Positions 29,405 to 43,115 of a DNA stretch of 64,000 nucleotides are shown here, in pieces. Made by a program: the position numbers and the translations under genes. The DNA is from Camelus dromedarius. Its lineage: Eukaryota. Where the stretch lies: NCBI RefSeq assembly GCF_036321535.1, contig NC_087436.1, forward strand, positions 43,216,001 through 43,280,000. The letters run 5' to 3'. Under the pieces are notes generated by a model. The model worked only from the letters and a program-made list of their open reading frames with translations, searched no databases and was not told the DNA's origin. Position 1 is the stretch's first letter. Each line of letters opens with the position of its first letter.

Positions 29405-29575
29405 ATCTTTTTTTAAAAAAAAAGTGAGATATAACTGACATATAGCATTATATTAGTTTCAGGTGTACAACATGATGATTTGATGTTTGTGCACATGGAG
29501 AAGTGATCACCACAATAGGTCTGGTTAACATCTGTCACCATTTATAGTTTTTCTTTTGATGGGGGCTTTAAAAAG
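29405..29575 (-). mobile_element. Short L1 3' end fragment
   Basis: gagatataactgacata..attagtttcaggtgtacaacatgatgatt..atcaccacaata. Confidence 0.7.
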
Positions 29576-30818
29576 TATTTTTAATAGCACCAAATTTGTT
29601 CTAAAATTTTTCATCTTGGCACTGGACTAGGTGTTTTGAGAGTAACAAATATGGACGGAATATTGTTCCTGCCTTCAAGAACAAATAATGAAACAGAATT
29701 CACTGAGTATACATATACAGAAACATTTACAGCACAAGACATACCATAATTGCCAAAAGAGAAGTGTAAATAAAATGCTGTCAGAGCACTAAAGAGTGAG
29801 CAATTAATAACATGAAGAAAGGTGTCTCTGGCCCAAGCCAACAGACCTGAGAGGAATTAGGAAGCCTTAATGAAATCAAGGTGGTAAATCTAGAGAAAAT
29901 GAAATGTCCTTTGCCGTTTTTTGTTTCGTTTTGTTTTTCTTCCCTATTCTTGTTTCATTCTCCCTGTCTCTCAAAAAATGTATTTGGGCAGAAGTCGGAG
30001 TGCATTTACAAAAGGCATGTATCTCACTTGGGGAATTCTGCTCCCTAAGCCTAATACTGAGCCTAGTGGATGAAAAAAAAAGAACTGGAAGTAAAATTAC
30101 CAAACATGAGTAAAAGCTCATGCAAGAATGCATCTTGAAAAGAACTCTTACAGGTGTACAACTCTTAAGGTCTAAATTTTTTTAAAAAAAGAATTCAAAG
30201 ATCTCTTAACCAGACTGTTAACATAGATAACTGCAATTCATATATAACCTATTACCACCCAGCTAAAGATATGCTTTACATAATTTCACAGATCAAGTGT
30301 GAGCTAAAAGAGTAAAAACTGACTATGGAAACTTCAAATGATGTATTAATTAATTTCTTTGTAAAAGCTCATTGTTATTTTATTTGTTCTTCCTTTCAGT
30401 TCTATCCTGCTAAAATTAAGAAGATTTCAATGATTAAAAGAGATTGCCCTATTTTTCTAGCTGAAAATGTTACAGCTAAAAGGGGATTTATCATTTTACA
30501 GTCGAGAAAATTGTAACCCAGAGACTGAGTCAACTGTTAAGTGGACTCGCCAGCTACAGAGGTTAAGGAGAGACCAGGAGTTTAGTAAGAAGTAAATGGA
30601 CATATTTACTGTGGACAGAAAGTAAAGTAGAGGCAAAGATGCTTGGAAACTCTAACCCTTTTCTTTTCATCTTTCAGGCCTTGACACAAGTGTCACACTC
30701 TCTGATAAGCCTTATTCAATGCCCATAGCAATGCTTAGCACATAGTAGGTGTTGAATAAATATTTGCTAAATGGATGAATCAATTAAGTGGAAGAGGATC
30801 CAAGTTTCTTTTTATGCC

Positions 30819-31352
30819 TGTGGTGGTTTTAAAATGTGTCTGTAAATTCTCTGACACTCCTCCCTTCAAAAAGTGGAGGTTAATTCCCTTCCCTTGAATG
30901 TGGGCCAACTTAGTAATTCGCTTCCAAAGCATCAGTTATGGTGGAATTGACGATGCGTGGCTTCCGAGGCTAGTGGTTAAAGTCACTGCCCTGCTACCAG
31001 TCTCTCTTAGATCACCTGTTCTGGAGGAAATGAGCTGCCTTGTCATTCTGACATTCAACCGGCCTGTGGAGAGACTCACATGAGAAGGAACTGAGACTTC
31101 CCACCAACCACCAGCACCAATCTGCCAACTATGTGAAAAAGCTACCATGGGAATGAATGAATCCTCCAGTTCTAGGAAAGCCTTCAGATGGCATCAGCTC
31201 TGGGAAACATCTTCACTACAGCCTCATAATTTCACAGCTAAGCCAGGGCTGAATTCCTGGTCCACAGAAACTGTGATAATAATATATGTTTATCGCAATT
31301 TTTAAGTCACTAAGTTTTGGGGTAATTTGTTGTGTGGCAGTAACTAATATAA
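30819..31352 (+). mobile_element. MaLR LTR (MLT1F-like)
   Basis: tgtggtggttttaaaatgtgtc..aaaaagtggag..aagccttcagatg..aagttttggggtaatttgtt. Confidence 0.75.
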
Positions 31353-32033
31353 TATCCAACAAGGTCATATATGATCTGGCTACGGCCTCCCTTGGGAACT
31401 ATACCTCTTACCACGCTTACTCTGTACTGCTTCCTTTCTCTTTAGGAAAGAAATTCAGATCCTAGACAGTGTTTTCTTTTTTTTTTTTCTTCAAACTTTC
31501 TAGTCATATAACTCTCTTCAAATGCTATCTACCCTAGAAACTCTGAAAATAAAATATTAAGCATGGCTACTCTATTTGATGTTAAGTGAGTTATGACTGT
31601 TCAGCAATGTCTTCCTTACTTCCTAACTACCAGGACAATGGCTTGTAAACTGTTGTGTTCCAAGGAGGTACATCAGGGATCCTTCTACAAGAATGGTGAG
31701 TTTTGCGAGCTATCACTGTTGGAAAACACAAAGACGAGGCAGCCTAACATGGCAGTCATGTGTTACTTTCCTTTACGGTATTTTGCAACTAGAAAAGATA
31801 GAGTCTTTGCATTTGTAAGAAGTAATGTGTGAAGTAGGGAGGTTGTGTACATTTGCTTAAATGGAGCAATCTGTATCTAACAGAGTTTGAAAATTACAGC
31901 TTTAAATATTTATAATACCCTTCATTCCATATGCCATTTGCCAGTTAAAAAGAACATCACAAACAGTCTCTACATCTACCGGAAAACACATCAACAAATT
32001 ACTCAGCCAATTCCAACAGCAGAAAACGGCATG

Positions 32034-32625
32034 GAGGGGAGGAGCCAAGATGGCAGAGTAGAGCCTCAGCTCACCCTCTCCCACAAATACACCAAGACTT
32101 ACACCTACAAACCCACTGAACCCCACGGAACACTTACAGAACTCTAGCAAAGTGTCTCTCGCTTCGAAATACAGTAGGATTCTCACAAAACCTGGCAGGA
32201 CTGAGATTGGTTACGACCTCAGACAGAGAGGGTGTATTTGCTCTCTCTGGACCTTTCCTGGACTCGCGCCTCTGGAACAGGCAGCGAGCTGAGTTCTGGC
32301 GCCTTCGCTGGGGGCAGGGCGGGGGCAGGGCGGGGGCAGGGCGGGGGCGGGCATTCACAACAGGCCTGCGCACGCTGTCCGCGGAGGCGGGGCGGGGGTC
32401 TGCGCCCACGCTGTGGCGCACCACTGATAAAGATGAACCGCAAATTTATGCTATATAGCCCGGGGAACAGTATTCAATATCTTGTAGTATTGTGGTGAAA
32501 AAGAACATGAAAACGGATATATGTATGTTCACGTATGACTGAAACATTGTGCTGTACACCAGAAATTGACACAACACTGTAAACTGACTATAGTTGAATA
32601 AAATACATATATGGCAATTAAAAAA
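32034..32625 (+). mobile_element. Bipartite non-autonomous L1 derivative (L1 5'UTR ~400 nt joined to L1 3'UTR ~190 nt and an A tail)
   Basis: Begins gaggggaggagccaagatggc (L1 5' start) and ends in an L1 3'UTR (tatagc..ggaac..tattcaatatcttgta..tgtacaccagaaa..aataaaa). 13-bp TSD agaaaac(g/a)gcatg at 32021-32033 and 32626-32638. No ORF1 or ORF2. Confidence 0.85.
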
Positions 32626-35069
32626 AGAAAACAGCATGATTATAGATAGCTCTGTGTTTGCACTTAGGGAAAGCAGCATTCGCCTTTTGATGAAAACTTG
32701 TCTTTCGCAAGAAGGTCAGTGTCGAGATTTAGGTGTTTTCACAGAGCAGAATTCTTCAGGAGCCGTAGCTGTAACATGCCGGGAGGCCTCTGTCACACAC
32801 AGGTTAGCACTGGTTGAGAATTACTATTAAGCTTCTATCCCAGATACTATGTAGTGTCTCCTTTTGAATTAGCATTATGAAAGATAAGGTTGGGAAGCAT
32901 CCCAAAATTATCATGCAGTTTTAAAGTCAGGATGATTCAAATTATTTCCCTAAATATCTCGTAAATGTGCAGCTGCAAAGGATGTAAAAAACGAATGGGT
33001 ACTAATTGTAGTCACAAAAATAAGGACTACTTTGTGTACTCTGGGGGTATGCTTAGGCAAAAGAACAAAAGATATGCTTGTCCGCGTGCTCAGTAGTTAA
33101 AAAAACATTTTATTAATTAAACTGTCATACAAATTTTCTCAGATAATCTGAATATGACAATTCTTTCCTAGAGTTAGGATGTTACAAATTATCTTAACCA
33201 TCTTCTCTCCAAAGGTCCTCTTTAAAGGATTGTAGCTAGGCTTACAGCTAAACTATTAGATGATATTTAAATGATTAATGTACTAAATCTTTCTAAGAAG
33301 GTTAAATTTTATGGGGTGTTTACTATGTCCTCTTGTGTTATCCCCACCACTATGCTATTAGGGCCATTTAAGATGATGGCTCATAGTCACTTACCCAAGG
33401 GCACAGTGACAAGCGGTATGATCTGGGTCTGAACCCTGAAGGACTCCAAACTCAGAGCTCCTTCCACTCCCCTCAAACTGTCCCCTTCACCTGGGATCAA
33501 ACTGACCCAGAGAACAATCACACTTTTCTCTGGTAATCGAACACTTAGCCTTCTCCTAAGCCATTCACTTGAGATGACAGTATTGGAAATGTCAGGCCTT
33601 GCTGGATGAAGACTGTCGAAGTGCACTCTTAGGCACCAGAAGTCTTCCAGTTTTTATTTCCAGTGGTCAAGAAATTTAGGGTAGTGGTAGAAGAGAGAGA
33701 AGGCTGCACATTTTATATTTGTTATTTAACCCTACCAGCCCAGTGAAATAAGTAAGAAATCCCTATATGTCTCAAGGAAATTAACATTCACGGGGATTAA
33801 GAAGCATGCCTGAAGTTCCACCCCACTTACAGTGCAGAACTGAATTTGAACCCACACATAAACGAATTCTAGAGCTCATGTTCTTTCTACTACAATATTC
33901 TGTCATGTGTTTTAGCAGTAAATCTGACAACGTTTTGTCATGTCTGGCAATTGTCAACAATCAGAAACACCACTGAAAATGCATCCCCATTGGGTCTACC
34001 ATAATCACCGTTTTCACCTCCTCACGGATAAATTACCAAGAATTTATGTGGATAATTTTACGTATTTCACGGAACTTGCTCCAGTGCACCCTATACATCA
34101 ACCTGAACTAACCTTCCTAAAAGCTGTTTCAGCAAACTACTTTCCTACATTGATTGTCATCTTACCAACCATGATTAATGATCGGTTTTCACAGACCATG
34201 GCTAAAGATGAAGATCTTTTAGATCCTTTTCCCATTGTCGTATTAAGAACAAACCTTCAGTGTGAATTCTGATGTTTTTCCAGACCAGCTTGTCTTGCCA
34301 ATATTTCTACACTCACCAAGCTCAACTGTACCTCCTACCACTCTTGTAACTAATCTTCCTGTAGAAAGTCTTCTGTTTCAATTTCTACTCTGCAGACCTT
34401 ATCTCCTTTTCAAAGCTGGGCTCAGGTTGTCTATGAATTTTTCATTAACAGAATTTAGGCAATTTCAACCTTCCTCTCTAGATCTAGTCTGTTCCATACA
34501 ATTTAGTACCAAATCATCTACCATCTTCTGCTGTTTGCCTTTGTTTCTTGTGTGCTTGTTTTGACTTTGCATGCAGCCTGTCCATTTTTTAAAAGCAGCT
34601 TCCTGCCTGGCACTTGTTTAGAATCCTCCAAAGCAGTGAGAACTCTGCTGAGTACATAGTGAGCACCCAGTAAGCAGCTTCTGAATAACAACTTTACTCT
34701 CAGTTCCTGACAACTGTAGATAACTTAGATTTGACCTTTTCTCCCTTATTCAAGTTTAAAATTTAAATTTAACCAGTGACTTATCACTAGTTCATTCTAC
34801 AAAGGAGCTGAAGTGGTTGGTGGTATTTTATTTATTTTCACATGACTCCATAATGTTGAAAATATGTATCTCCATGTTTCACTTTATAAAAATGAACTGT
34901 TAAACTATGGCTGCATAATTTTATAGGTTATGTTCTTGGATTTGTAAACAAAAAATAAGTCAAATGAATTTTTAAATAACCATAGGTAAAGCAAATGAAT
35001 TTTAAAAGAAAGTAAATGAAATTTTTTAAATGAAGAAAGCAAATGAATTTTCAAAATGGAATGCCCAAG

Positions 35070-35643
35070 ATACAGTAGTAGGTATTTGTTGATGCCTACT
35101 CAGGATCCTGTCTCTTTTTTGAAAGCATCCTGGTTTTTCCCTAGAGTATCTATCCTTCCTCATGTAATATATGTCATTCCAAGAAGCTGAACTTCTCTCA
35201 ATCTTCTAGCCTGAGGAAGAGCCTCAGATGACTTAAGCCAATCAACACACTCCATTCTCTTGGATACAATGACTGGTTCAAGTTTAGGCAAGAGATGTCC
35301 CAGTCAGTCAACCTCAGGATTCTCTTTTGGAAAGCTGGGACAAAGTTCTCTTATTTTAACTCTGAACAAGAAAATGTCTGGCTCTAATCTTAAGTCCACA
35401 AGGCAAGCCAGCCTAGAATAAAGCTGGCTTTGCAGAAATGACAGCAAAGATAAAAAGAGAATTTGAGCCCTTGGTTATGAATAAGAAGCAGAGTGAGGGG
35501 ACAAAAAAAAAGCCCATATAGTACTAGAGCTTACCTTATATTTGAACTTTGTATTCATGAAAGCTAAGAGAGTCCATTTTTTATCTACCCAAATATGCAT
35601 TAAGTTTTTTCTTGTTTGCAATTTAAGGCATCCAAGTTGATAC
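35070..35643 (+). mobile_element. Old MaLR LTR remnant
   Basis: aagccaatca..gactggttca..and a MLT1-like 3' end gtttgcaatttaaggcatcc..gatac. Confidence 0.5.
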
Positions 35644-35739
35644 TGACATCTATACTAAAATATAGCTTATACTGCCATTAGTTTAAAATAAAAGCATTTT
35701 CCAGGAAATCTGGAGTATCACAAAGTGTCTCACAAAACT

Positions 35740-36032
35740 AAAAGTATTCATAGGGATGTAATGTACAACATGAAGACTATAGCTAACACTTCTGTATGGT
35801 ATCTAGGATAGTTGTTAAGAGTAAATCCTATGAGTTCTCATCACAAGGAGAAAATTTTTAAAATTTTTTCTTTCTTTTCTTTTTATCATATCTATATGAA
35901 GATAAGTGTTAGCTGAACCTATGTGGTAATCATTTCACAATATATGTAAATCAAACCATCATGCTATACAACTTAAACTTACATGGTCACATATGCCAAT
36001 TATTTCTTGATAAACTTGGAAAAATAAAAATA
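35740..36032 (+). mobile_element. Old L1 (L1MA-like) 3' end
   Basis: gtacaacatg..agagtaaatccta..gttctcatcaca..ggtaatcatttcacaatatatgtaaatcaaaccatcatgc.. Confidence 0.7.
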
Positions 36033-39000
36033 TAAATAGACTTTTAAGAATGAGGTTAAACTATAAAAAAGCAAATGGATCATTTTGAGTAAGGAAATGC
36101 ATTTGCTCCTCCAAGTGATAAGATTTTAAAATACTTCTGTTCTGTGTGAGTGACAAATACAAAATAAAGTATTCAGTGATAGGTTTTCTTCCATTATTAT
36201 TTTTGCACATATAATGCTAACTTCTATTTAAGCTGTTGATAGAAATGACAAGTTTATCTAACCCTGGATTAAATGCTTCCTCACTATATCACATAAAATT
36301 TTATAATAATCTATATAAATGCCTTTATATTGTATATGTAATAAATAATTTTAATGGTAACAACTAAAATTAAATTTGCAGATGTTTTGCCCTGACTAAT
36401 CTCTATAGAAGTAATAAAAATGCCTCAGTATCAGAGATGAAACTTTAACATACATCTAATTAATATTTGAATATTGAAATTAAGTGGAAATTAATTCTCG
36501 GGTACATTTTCTTTAAATAAGTTTTTTCTAGATGTTCAAATTGCTGAACAACATAGATTACTAGGATCAGCTCTTTAGTATGTATTACAATTTACTTGGT
36601 ATATGTAGCAAATGCTTTTAAAATGTGTATTTTTGAGCAACCTCATAAATGACCCAGAAGCTTAGAAGCAAGAGGAAATGTCACCTCCAAAAGCAAAAAT
36701 ATTGACTACTCTGTATAAGTTCATACTATTGAGAAAATTAAGTCAATAACAATCACTGTATGGTGCTTTTATTTTCCCCAACAGAATAAAATCTATAAAC
36801 CTGAAGTAATTATTTTGAATTCAGCTACAGTACTAATTTAATTGGTTACTGTTTTATTATTTTGAGGTTGATTAAATCTAACAAGGATCAAAGAATTTTG
36901 ACTCACTAGATTAAAATACTCAAAATAATCTATAGTTCTTTTACTTCTCTCACACATTATACAAAAAAAATTAAATTAATATTTACCAAATAGTTTTCTT
37001 ACTTCTACCCAACTAGCCTTTGAGAAACTAAAATGCTGCTCCAAGTTTTCAAAAATACATCTAATATCAAAACACTATATGGTTTATTTGGACCAATGTA
37101 TATAAAGCCACATTTCTTATAATCCTGTCAACAGCTGCAACTAGTAGACTTAGCTTTGTTAATAAATATAGAAGGTGATCAAATAGCAGTTTTTATTGCC
37201 TGAGACACGCATCCAAAAAGTTTAAATATTTAATGAAATGACATTGCTTCCTTCAGCAATGTTAATTATTTTTTTGCCATTTAATGTTAGAGTACTTTGC
37301 ATGCTAATTTAAAAATTAAAACACAGTTGAGGGCACGCAGACACAGACACAGTGACAGACTCCGTTGGGATTCAAACATTCTTTCTTAGTCTTTACAAGT
37401 AAAAGTTTTCTTTCTTTTGACTCCAAAATATTTGCTGTAAGTTTTCTCAGTCACTCAACACTAGTCAGACTTCATTGCCATTCTTACCTTTTGTGTGATA
37501 TTAACAATTCGGGATATAACCAACATCTCATTTCCTATCATATTACACCAATAGAAATTAGAACAAGACATGGGGACATAAACAGGTCCATTAATATTTG
37601 AGCAACAGAGTAGTTTAAGGGCAATAAAAGCCTTACTATAGGACTCTTCCCCTACTAAGTGTGGGTTTTTGTCTGTGCTGCTTCACCCTTATCTGAGCTC
37701 TTTTAAAAGCTGCTAGGGAGTTAGAGCAGACAGTGCTCTCAGGCAGTGTTGAGACCAAGAAAGGAAATAGATTCATTAAAATAACCAGCCCCAAGTGATA
37801 TACTCAATATTTAACAGCTGCTTAACACATCTGAGTTCACAAGTTGCCGAAGATAACCTCAACGAATGACTAACATCAATGTAATGATCCAAAAACTCAT
37901 GTAGACAACACATGAAACCATTCGGTCCTGTTCCCAGACTCAGTGTCCTTTGGAGTATTACTTCTAATTGGTAATTCCAAACATATTCACATTCACAAAG
38001 AACTTTAGGTTACTTAAAATACTTTAGGTGCACACATCGTTAAAATACATAATCTGTAGTCAAGAGAAGGCTATCAAGGCTTCTATGAACAAACTCTGGT
38101 TGCAGAAATCCAGTGGGGGGATAAGCAGGACCAAAATGAACTGGTGCTATAAGAACACTTGGATTTGGCAGCCACAGAAATAAGGGAAATGTGATAGATG
38201 GTGGGAATTGTCATTTCTGGGAAAAGAAAACTTGCTGATTGCCGTCTAGAATCTTGAGTTCATACAAGAGACAGAGAAGACACAGAAGTTGGTTGTCTAA
38301 ACATGCCTGAGGCTGCTCTTTGGAAGAGCTGTCTCAGGTGCATATATATGTCAGGGGAAGAATTGGCACTGAATGGAGAGCGAGTTCTCATCCAGGAAAA
38401 TAAACTCTGATTAGCATCTGAGGTGACAAGGTTGATTCATGCTATTTCTGAAACTGCGAGTGTGACACATCCTTACAGAGACAGAGTCTGCCCTACTCCA
38501 ACCTAGAGGTACCTACAGCAGCACTTTCCTTCAAAAAATGTTATTAGATCTGCTTAAAAATCTGGGTGCATAGAGTTCTTGATCTCAAACTAGAAAAGCT
38601 ATAATTTGTACCCAAACGATTTTGAGGGAAGATGTAACCCTTCAAAGCTCATCCATAAGAGGCTGTATGTATGCCCCATCCACCTCTTATTCTTCCATTA
38701 AAAATCAGATTTTAAACAAAAATATATTCTGATAGTCCTGCCTGAATGCAGTGGCTTCAAAATGCACCCAGAAACAAACACCAGGCTGGTCTGTTAGATG
38801 TGCTTTCTGGAGCATGCCTGCCCAACAATTGTCATGGATGCTGAGATAATTATTATTATGCTTTCAAATGGCAATCTTTTAACAGACTAATTGCAAAAGG
38901 GAAAACTAGTTTGTGTTCATAAGGCATCATCAAAGAATTCTTATCTTTCTTTTGGTTGTGGCAAGTGAATTTTTACTAAATCATGTAAGTGCACAATCAG

Positions 39001-39989
39001 GTTGTTTAGATGTAAGTACCTTTAAAGGTCTAACATTAGAATTTGATTTGTCAATAGAGTGTTTTCCTTTCCTAACGCTATAAACTACACCCCTTGAGAA
39101 AGCTTGTATTGTGTGAGATTGCTCATAGCATCCTGTAGGGTGGCCTCAAACAGTATCTAATTACAAAATCAGAAGGTGACCAAAAAAAATTGGTAAAATG
39201 GTTTGTGAAAATTTATACTGCTTTAAATGATTTTCTCAGTAAATTGAAAGATTATGGCAAATACTAGTAATAAAATCATTCTGCCAAAAATTGCTTTTTC
39301 CTTATATACAGTAATGTATTAAGAGGCTGGGACTTGAAATATACCAAGAAGATGCAGAGAGTAGTTTGAACAGTTGAAAGCGAGAAAACAAGGACTTTTC
39401 TAAGCAAGCAATTTTTTATCTTCAGCCTTCAAAATGTGTCTTTCATGTGTAAGAAATTAAAAAGAAGCATTTACTCTTTTATTAAATCATATTTAAGAAA
39501 ATTTGTTAAATAAATACTGGGATGAAAAATGTAAATTGTGTTAAAATAACAGAAAAGAGAAAATTAATTATTTAAGATAACACAAAAGAAAAGTGATATT
39601 TTTAGTTTGGTTGTTTTAACTACCAAAAAGTGAATAAAACAGAAAGTGTTTCATTGCATCGCCAACGGCAACAACAGTACGTGGCACATGGTATGTGTTC
39701 AATAAATATAATCATTTTTCTTTCTTGTTTGTAGCAAGTGCTTTTTTTTAATTATTCAGCTTCATGCCCTTTGCTCTGAACCTGTATCACACTAAGGAAA
39801 AATTATATATTGCTAATCACTAAAGATGAAATGCTGCATAATCTTTTCTCTACCTCTCCTCCAGATAATAATGATCTCATAGCTCCAATGGACAGTCAGT
39901 CAAAATAACAGATATTGCCCTCAATTGATCTCCAGAATATTTATTGCTTATTCCATAACTTAAGTAGGTAATACCATTATACCTAATAA

Positions 39990-40200
39990 TTAGGGTAATA
40001 GCTAACATTTACATTGCATTTATTGTGTACCAGGCACTGTTCTAAGCACTTCACAGGGTTCTAAACCACCTCATCTTTATATTGACTCTGTGTAGTAAAT
40101 ATTATTATCCCTATTTTAAAGTTGGGAAACTGGAGTCACTGAGAGGTTAAGTAACAAGCCCAAGGTCACACAAACAGTAAGTGACAGAATAAAGATTTGT
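39990..40200 (-). mobile_element. MIR SINE
   Basis: aatagctaacattta..ccaggcactgttctaagc..ggaaactg..gagaggttaagtaac..cccaaggtcaca. Confidence 0.75.
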
Positions 40201-43064
40201 CAGGACTAGACTATGGCATCTCTCAAAGTCTACATCTCTGCATGTAGACTTCCTGGATTAAGTAACATATTTCATTGCCCTTTTTCTCTTATTCAGAAGT
40301 AGAGTGGAATGTGCCCTGTTTCTGTGTTTGTGTCCACCTAGTGACATCCTTATCATGCTCTCCTGAAAAGATACATCATTACTGTTTTGCATTTTAATGT
40401 CAAGGTTTTATTCTACTGCTTATGTTTCCTGCTATTCCTGTCTTCAAGCCAATATGTCATTTAAACCTAAAGTTGTCTAAGGGTTACAGTTTAAAACATT
40501 GTACCAAGTGTGTTCAGACAAGCATGTGTGAGAATCTCTTGTACAATCAGATAGTTAATAAATGTCTTTTGATGCCATTTTTGGTTCACATGTGTTTCAA
40601 TTTCTGAAAATTGAAAATTTTAAAGGGCTGCTGGTTGTAAAGGAAAAGATGTATACTTTCACAATGATTTGACTTTGTGATCTTTTAAAACCATTAAACA
40701 AAAAACTTCCCAATGATTTGAAAAGAACAAAAAATCTGGTTGAAGTCAGTTACATGAGCACACTCTGATGAAGCTTTAGACTGTGCTTCACAAATCTAAT
40801 TTCATATTGAATATTTAAAGACCTAAGCTACCATTTTTAGATATGAAACTTACTACTTTGCTTCCATATTTAACTTTTTAATTATTTAAGAGAATAATTC
40901 ATTTCAGCTTTCATACTGAAGACTATCTTAGCTGAATACCATGAAAGGACATTTCTGTGAGGCATGGGACAGAATTATGCAGACAGTAAGTTCTTAATAA
41001 ATTAGTGAATGTAAACATATTTTAACAATTGATTAGTTTTGGATTGCCTAAATAATTATATCTTCTATAAAACCACATTTTTGTCTTTTTTCCCCCCATT
41101 CATATTCTTATTTCATTGCATTGGCTAGGGCTTGAATGCAATGCTGAATAGCATCACTGACACGAGTTTTTTCTTGTTACTGGCTTTAATGAGGATACTT
41201 CTAATACTTTACCATTTAGACTGATTTTTGCAGTGGCTTTTGGTATATTTCCTCCAAGAGCAGCCTGATATTACTAGTTGGGTAATTTTTTAAGTTATTA
41301 AAATTAAAATTATTAATTTATATACATATTTAACACATCATTTTAAATAATATTAAAATCTTAGATACAAAAACATGTGTAGTGGAGGGCTAAAATGATC
41401 CATAATATATCACCAATTCATCCTGAAAAGTGGTATCTGCCCAAATAATAGGTGTGGTATAGAACTTTACATTTAATGAAAATCAACCCATATCGATCAA
41501 ACACATTAGATATTTTTTTAAACTATTTAAAGTTGTTTCTCTACACCTTCCACTTGTAACTAGCCTCACTGTTACTTGTTCTAACTACAGTATACTACTG
41601 CTATATTTTAAATGCTTCAAAAATCTTTTTATTATTGTACCATAAGCAAATGTAAACAATACTTTTTAGGTTTATGTGTTCTATTTACAATTTTCCACAT
41701 TTGGAATTCACCTCTGAAAGTGATTTTTAAAAATAATAATTGGTTATGACCACATTTAGTTAGTTGTACTTTAATTTTCATCATCCAGAATACCTAAGTT
41801 GAGAATTCTTATTCTTTAATGAAGCTTTTATGAAGCTGCAAGTGCCTCTAAGTGATTGATGTTTGTACACTAAAAGTCCTGATCACTGAATTGCTTAAAC
41901 TAGTGAATGACTATCATATCTGCGCTTAGGATAATGCAACCTCATGCACCCAAATTGACAGTGTTTCAAAGAGCATGTGGGAAAAGCCAGTCATTTGAAC
42001 TATAGATTTCACTTTTAGTAGCAAAACCTACATCAATGAACTGGCAGTTGCATTCTTCACCATGCTAAGAACAGACAGCCATGGGCTTGCAGAACGGCTG
42101 TCCTTACACAAATGCCCCATCACTGAATCTGGCGACAATGACAGCTACCAGTCATTCAGCTCTCATGCCAGTGTTGTTCTACATGCTGTACGTGAATAAA
42201 ACAGTTTAATTTTCACAACAACTTCTATGAAGAAGACACTGAAGCATTGTTACATGAGTAGAAAGTAGAAGAGTTTGATAATCTAGCTTCAGAATTTGTA
42301 TTCCTATCCACTTCGGTATGCTGCCTACCTATGCTATGTCAAAAGGGATCACTGGCAATTTTAATGCCTTAAAAACATGTATTCTCTTTCATGCATTCAA
42401 CAGAGTAGAAATAATCAGAAGATTTCAGTTACAACACATCAACAGTTAGCTATAGTTAACAGTGTAATATATTTGTATCCAAATTTATAGTAAAATATTC
42501 AATAAATTATTAAGCACTGCAATTAAGGAAATGCATACTTAAGATATTGGTTAAAATAGGACTTGAAAAAGAATTATGAGGAATTGCACCAAATATCAAG
42601 TTAAAAAAAATTAAAACATAATGTAGATGCTAATGTTCATCTTTCTATGGTTTTGTAATTAATCAATGTTTGGAGTACTAAAAAATCACCTGGGACCATG
42701 AGTGTTACCTAAACTCTTAGTTTCCTCTCTATAAAATGAAGAAAGCAATGCCTGATCTCTGTGCAAATAATGCAGCAAAGAATAATAAAATATTCTCAAT
42801 AAATCTCCTATGCTTTTCAGATTTTTAGACATGCACACCTGAAAAATTCCATCAAAGAACAATAAAAATGTAATTGCTCATGAAGCATCATAATGTGATA
42901 TAAAGGGAGTTTACCTGCATAGAAAGAAACTAGAAAAATAATTACTTCTGAGGAAGGGCATGGTAGATGGGAAAGGGGAATTATGCTTTTTGTGACATAT
43001 ATTTTTGCACTGTTTTGATTGTTTAAGTATAAATTCACGTGTTATTTGTGAAGTTAAGACTGAT

Positions 43065-43115
43065 GATAGATAGAAAGGTAGATAGACAGACAGACAGACA
43101 GATAGACAGATAGAT
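43065..43115. repeat. (GATA)/(GACA) tetranucleotide repeat
   Basis: Directly visible. Confidence 0.9.

Noticed and set aside
31887..32830. Cluster of short ORFs on both strands
   Set aside because: By-product of the GC-rich L1 5'UTR; no recognisable protein.
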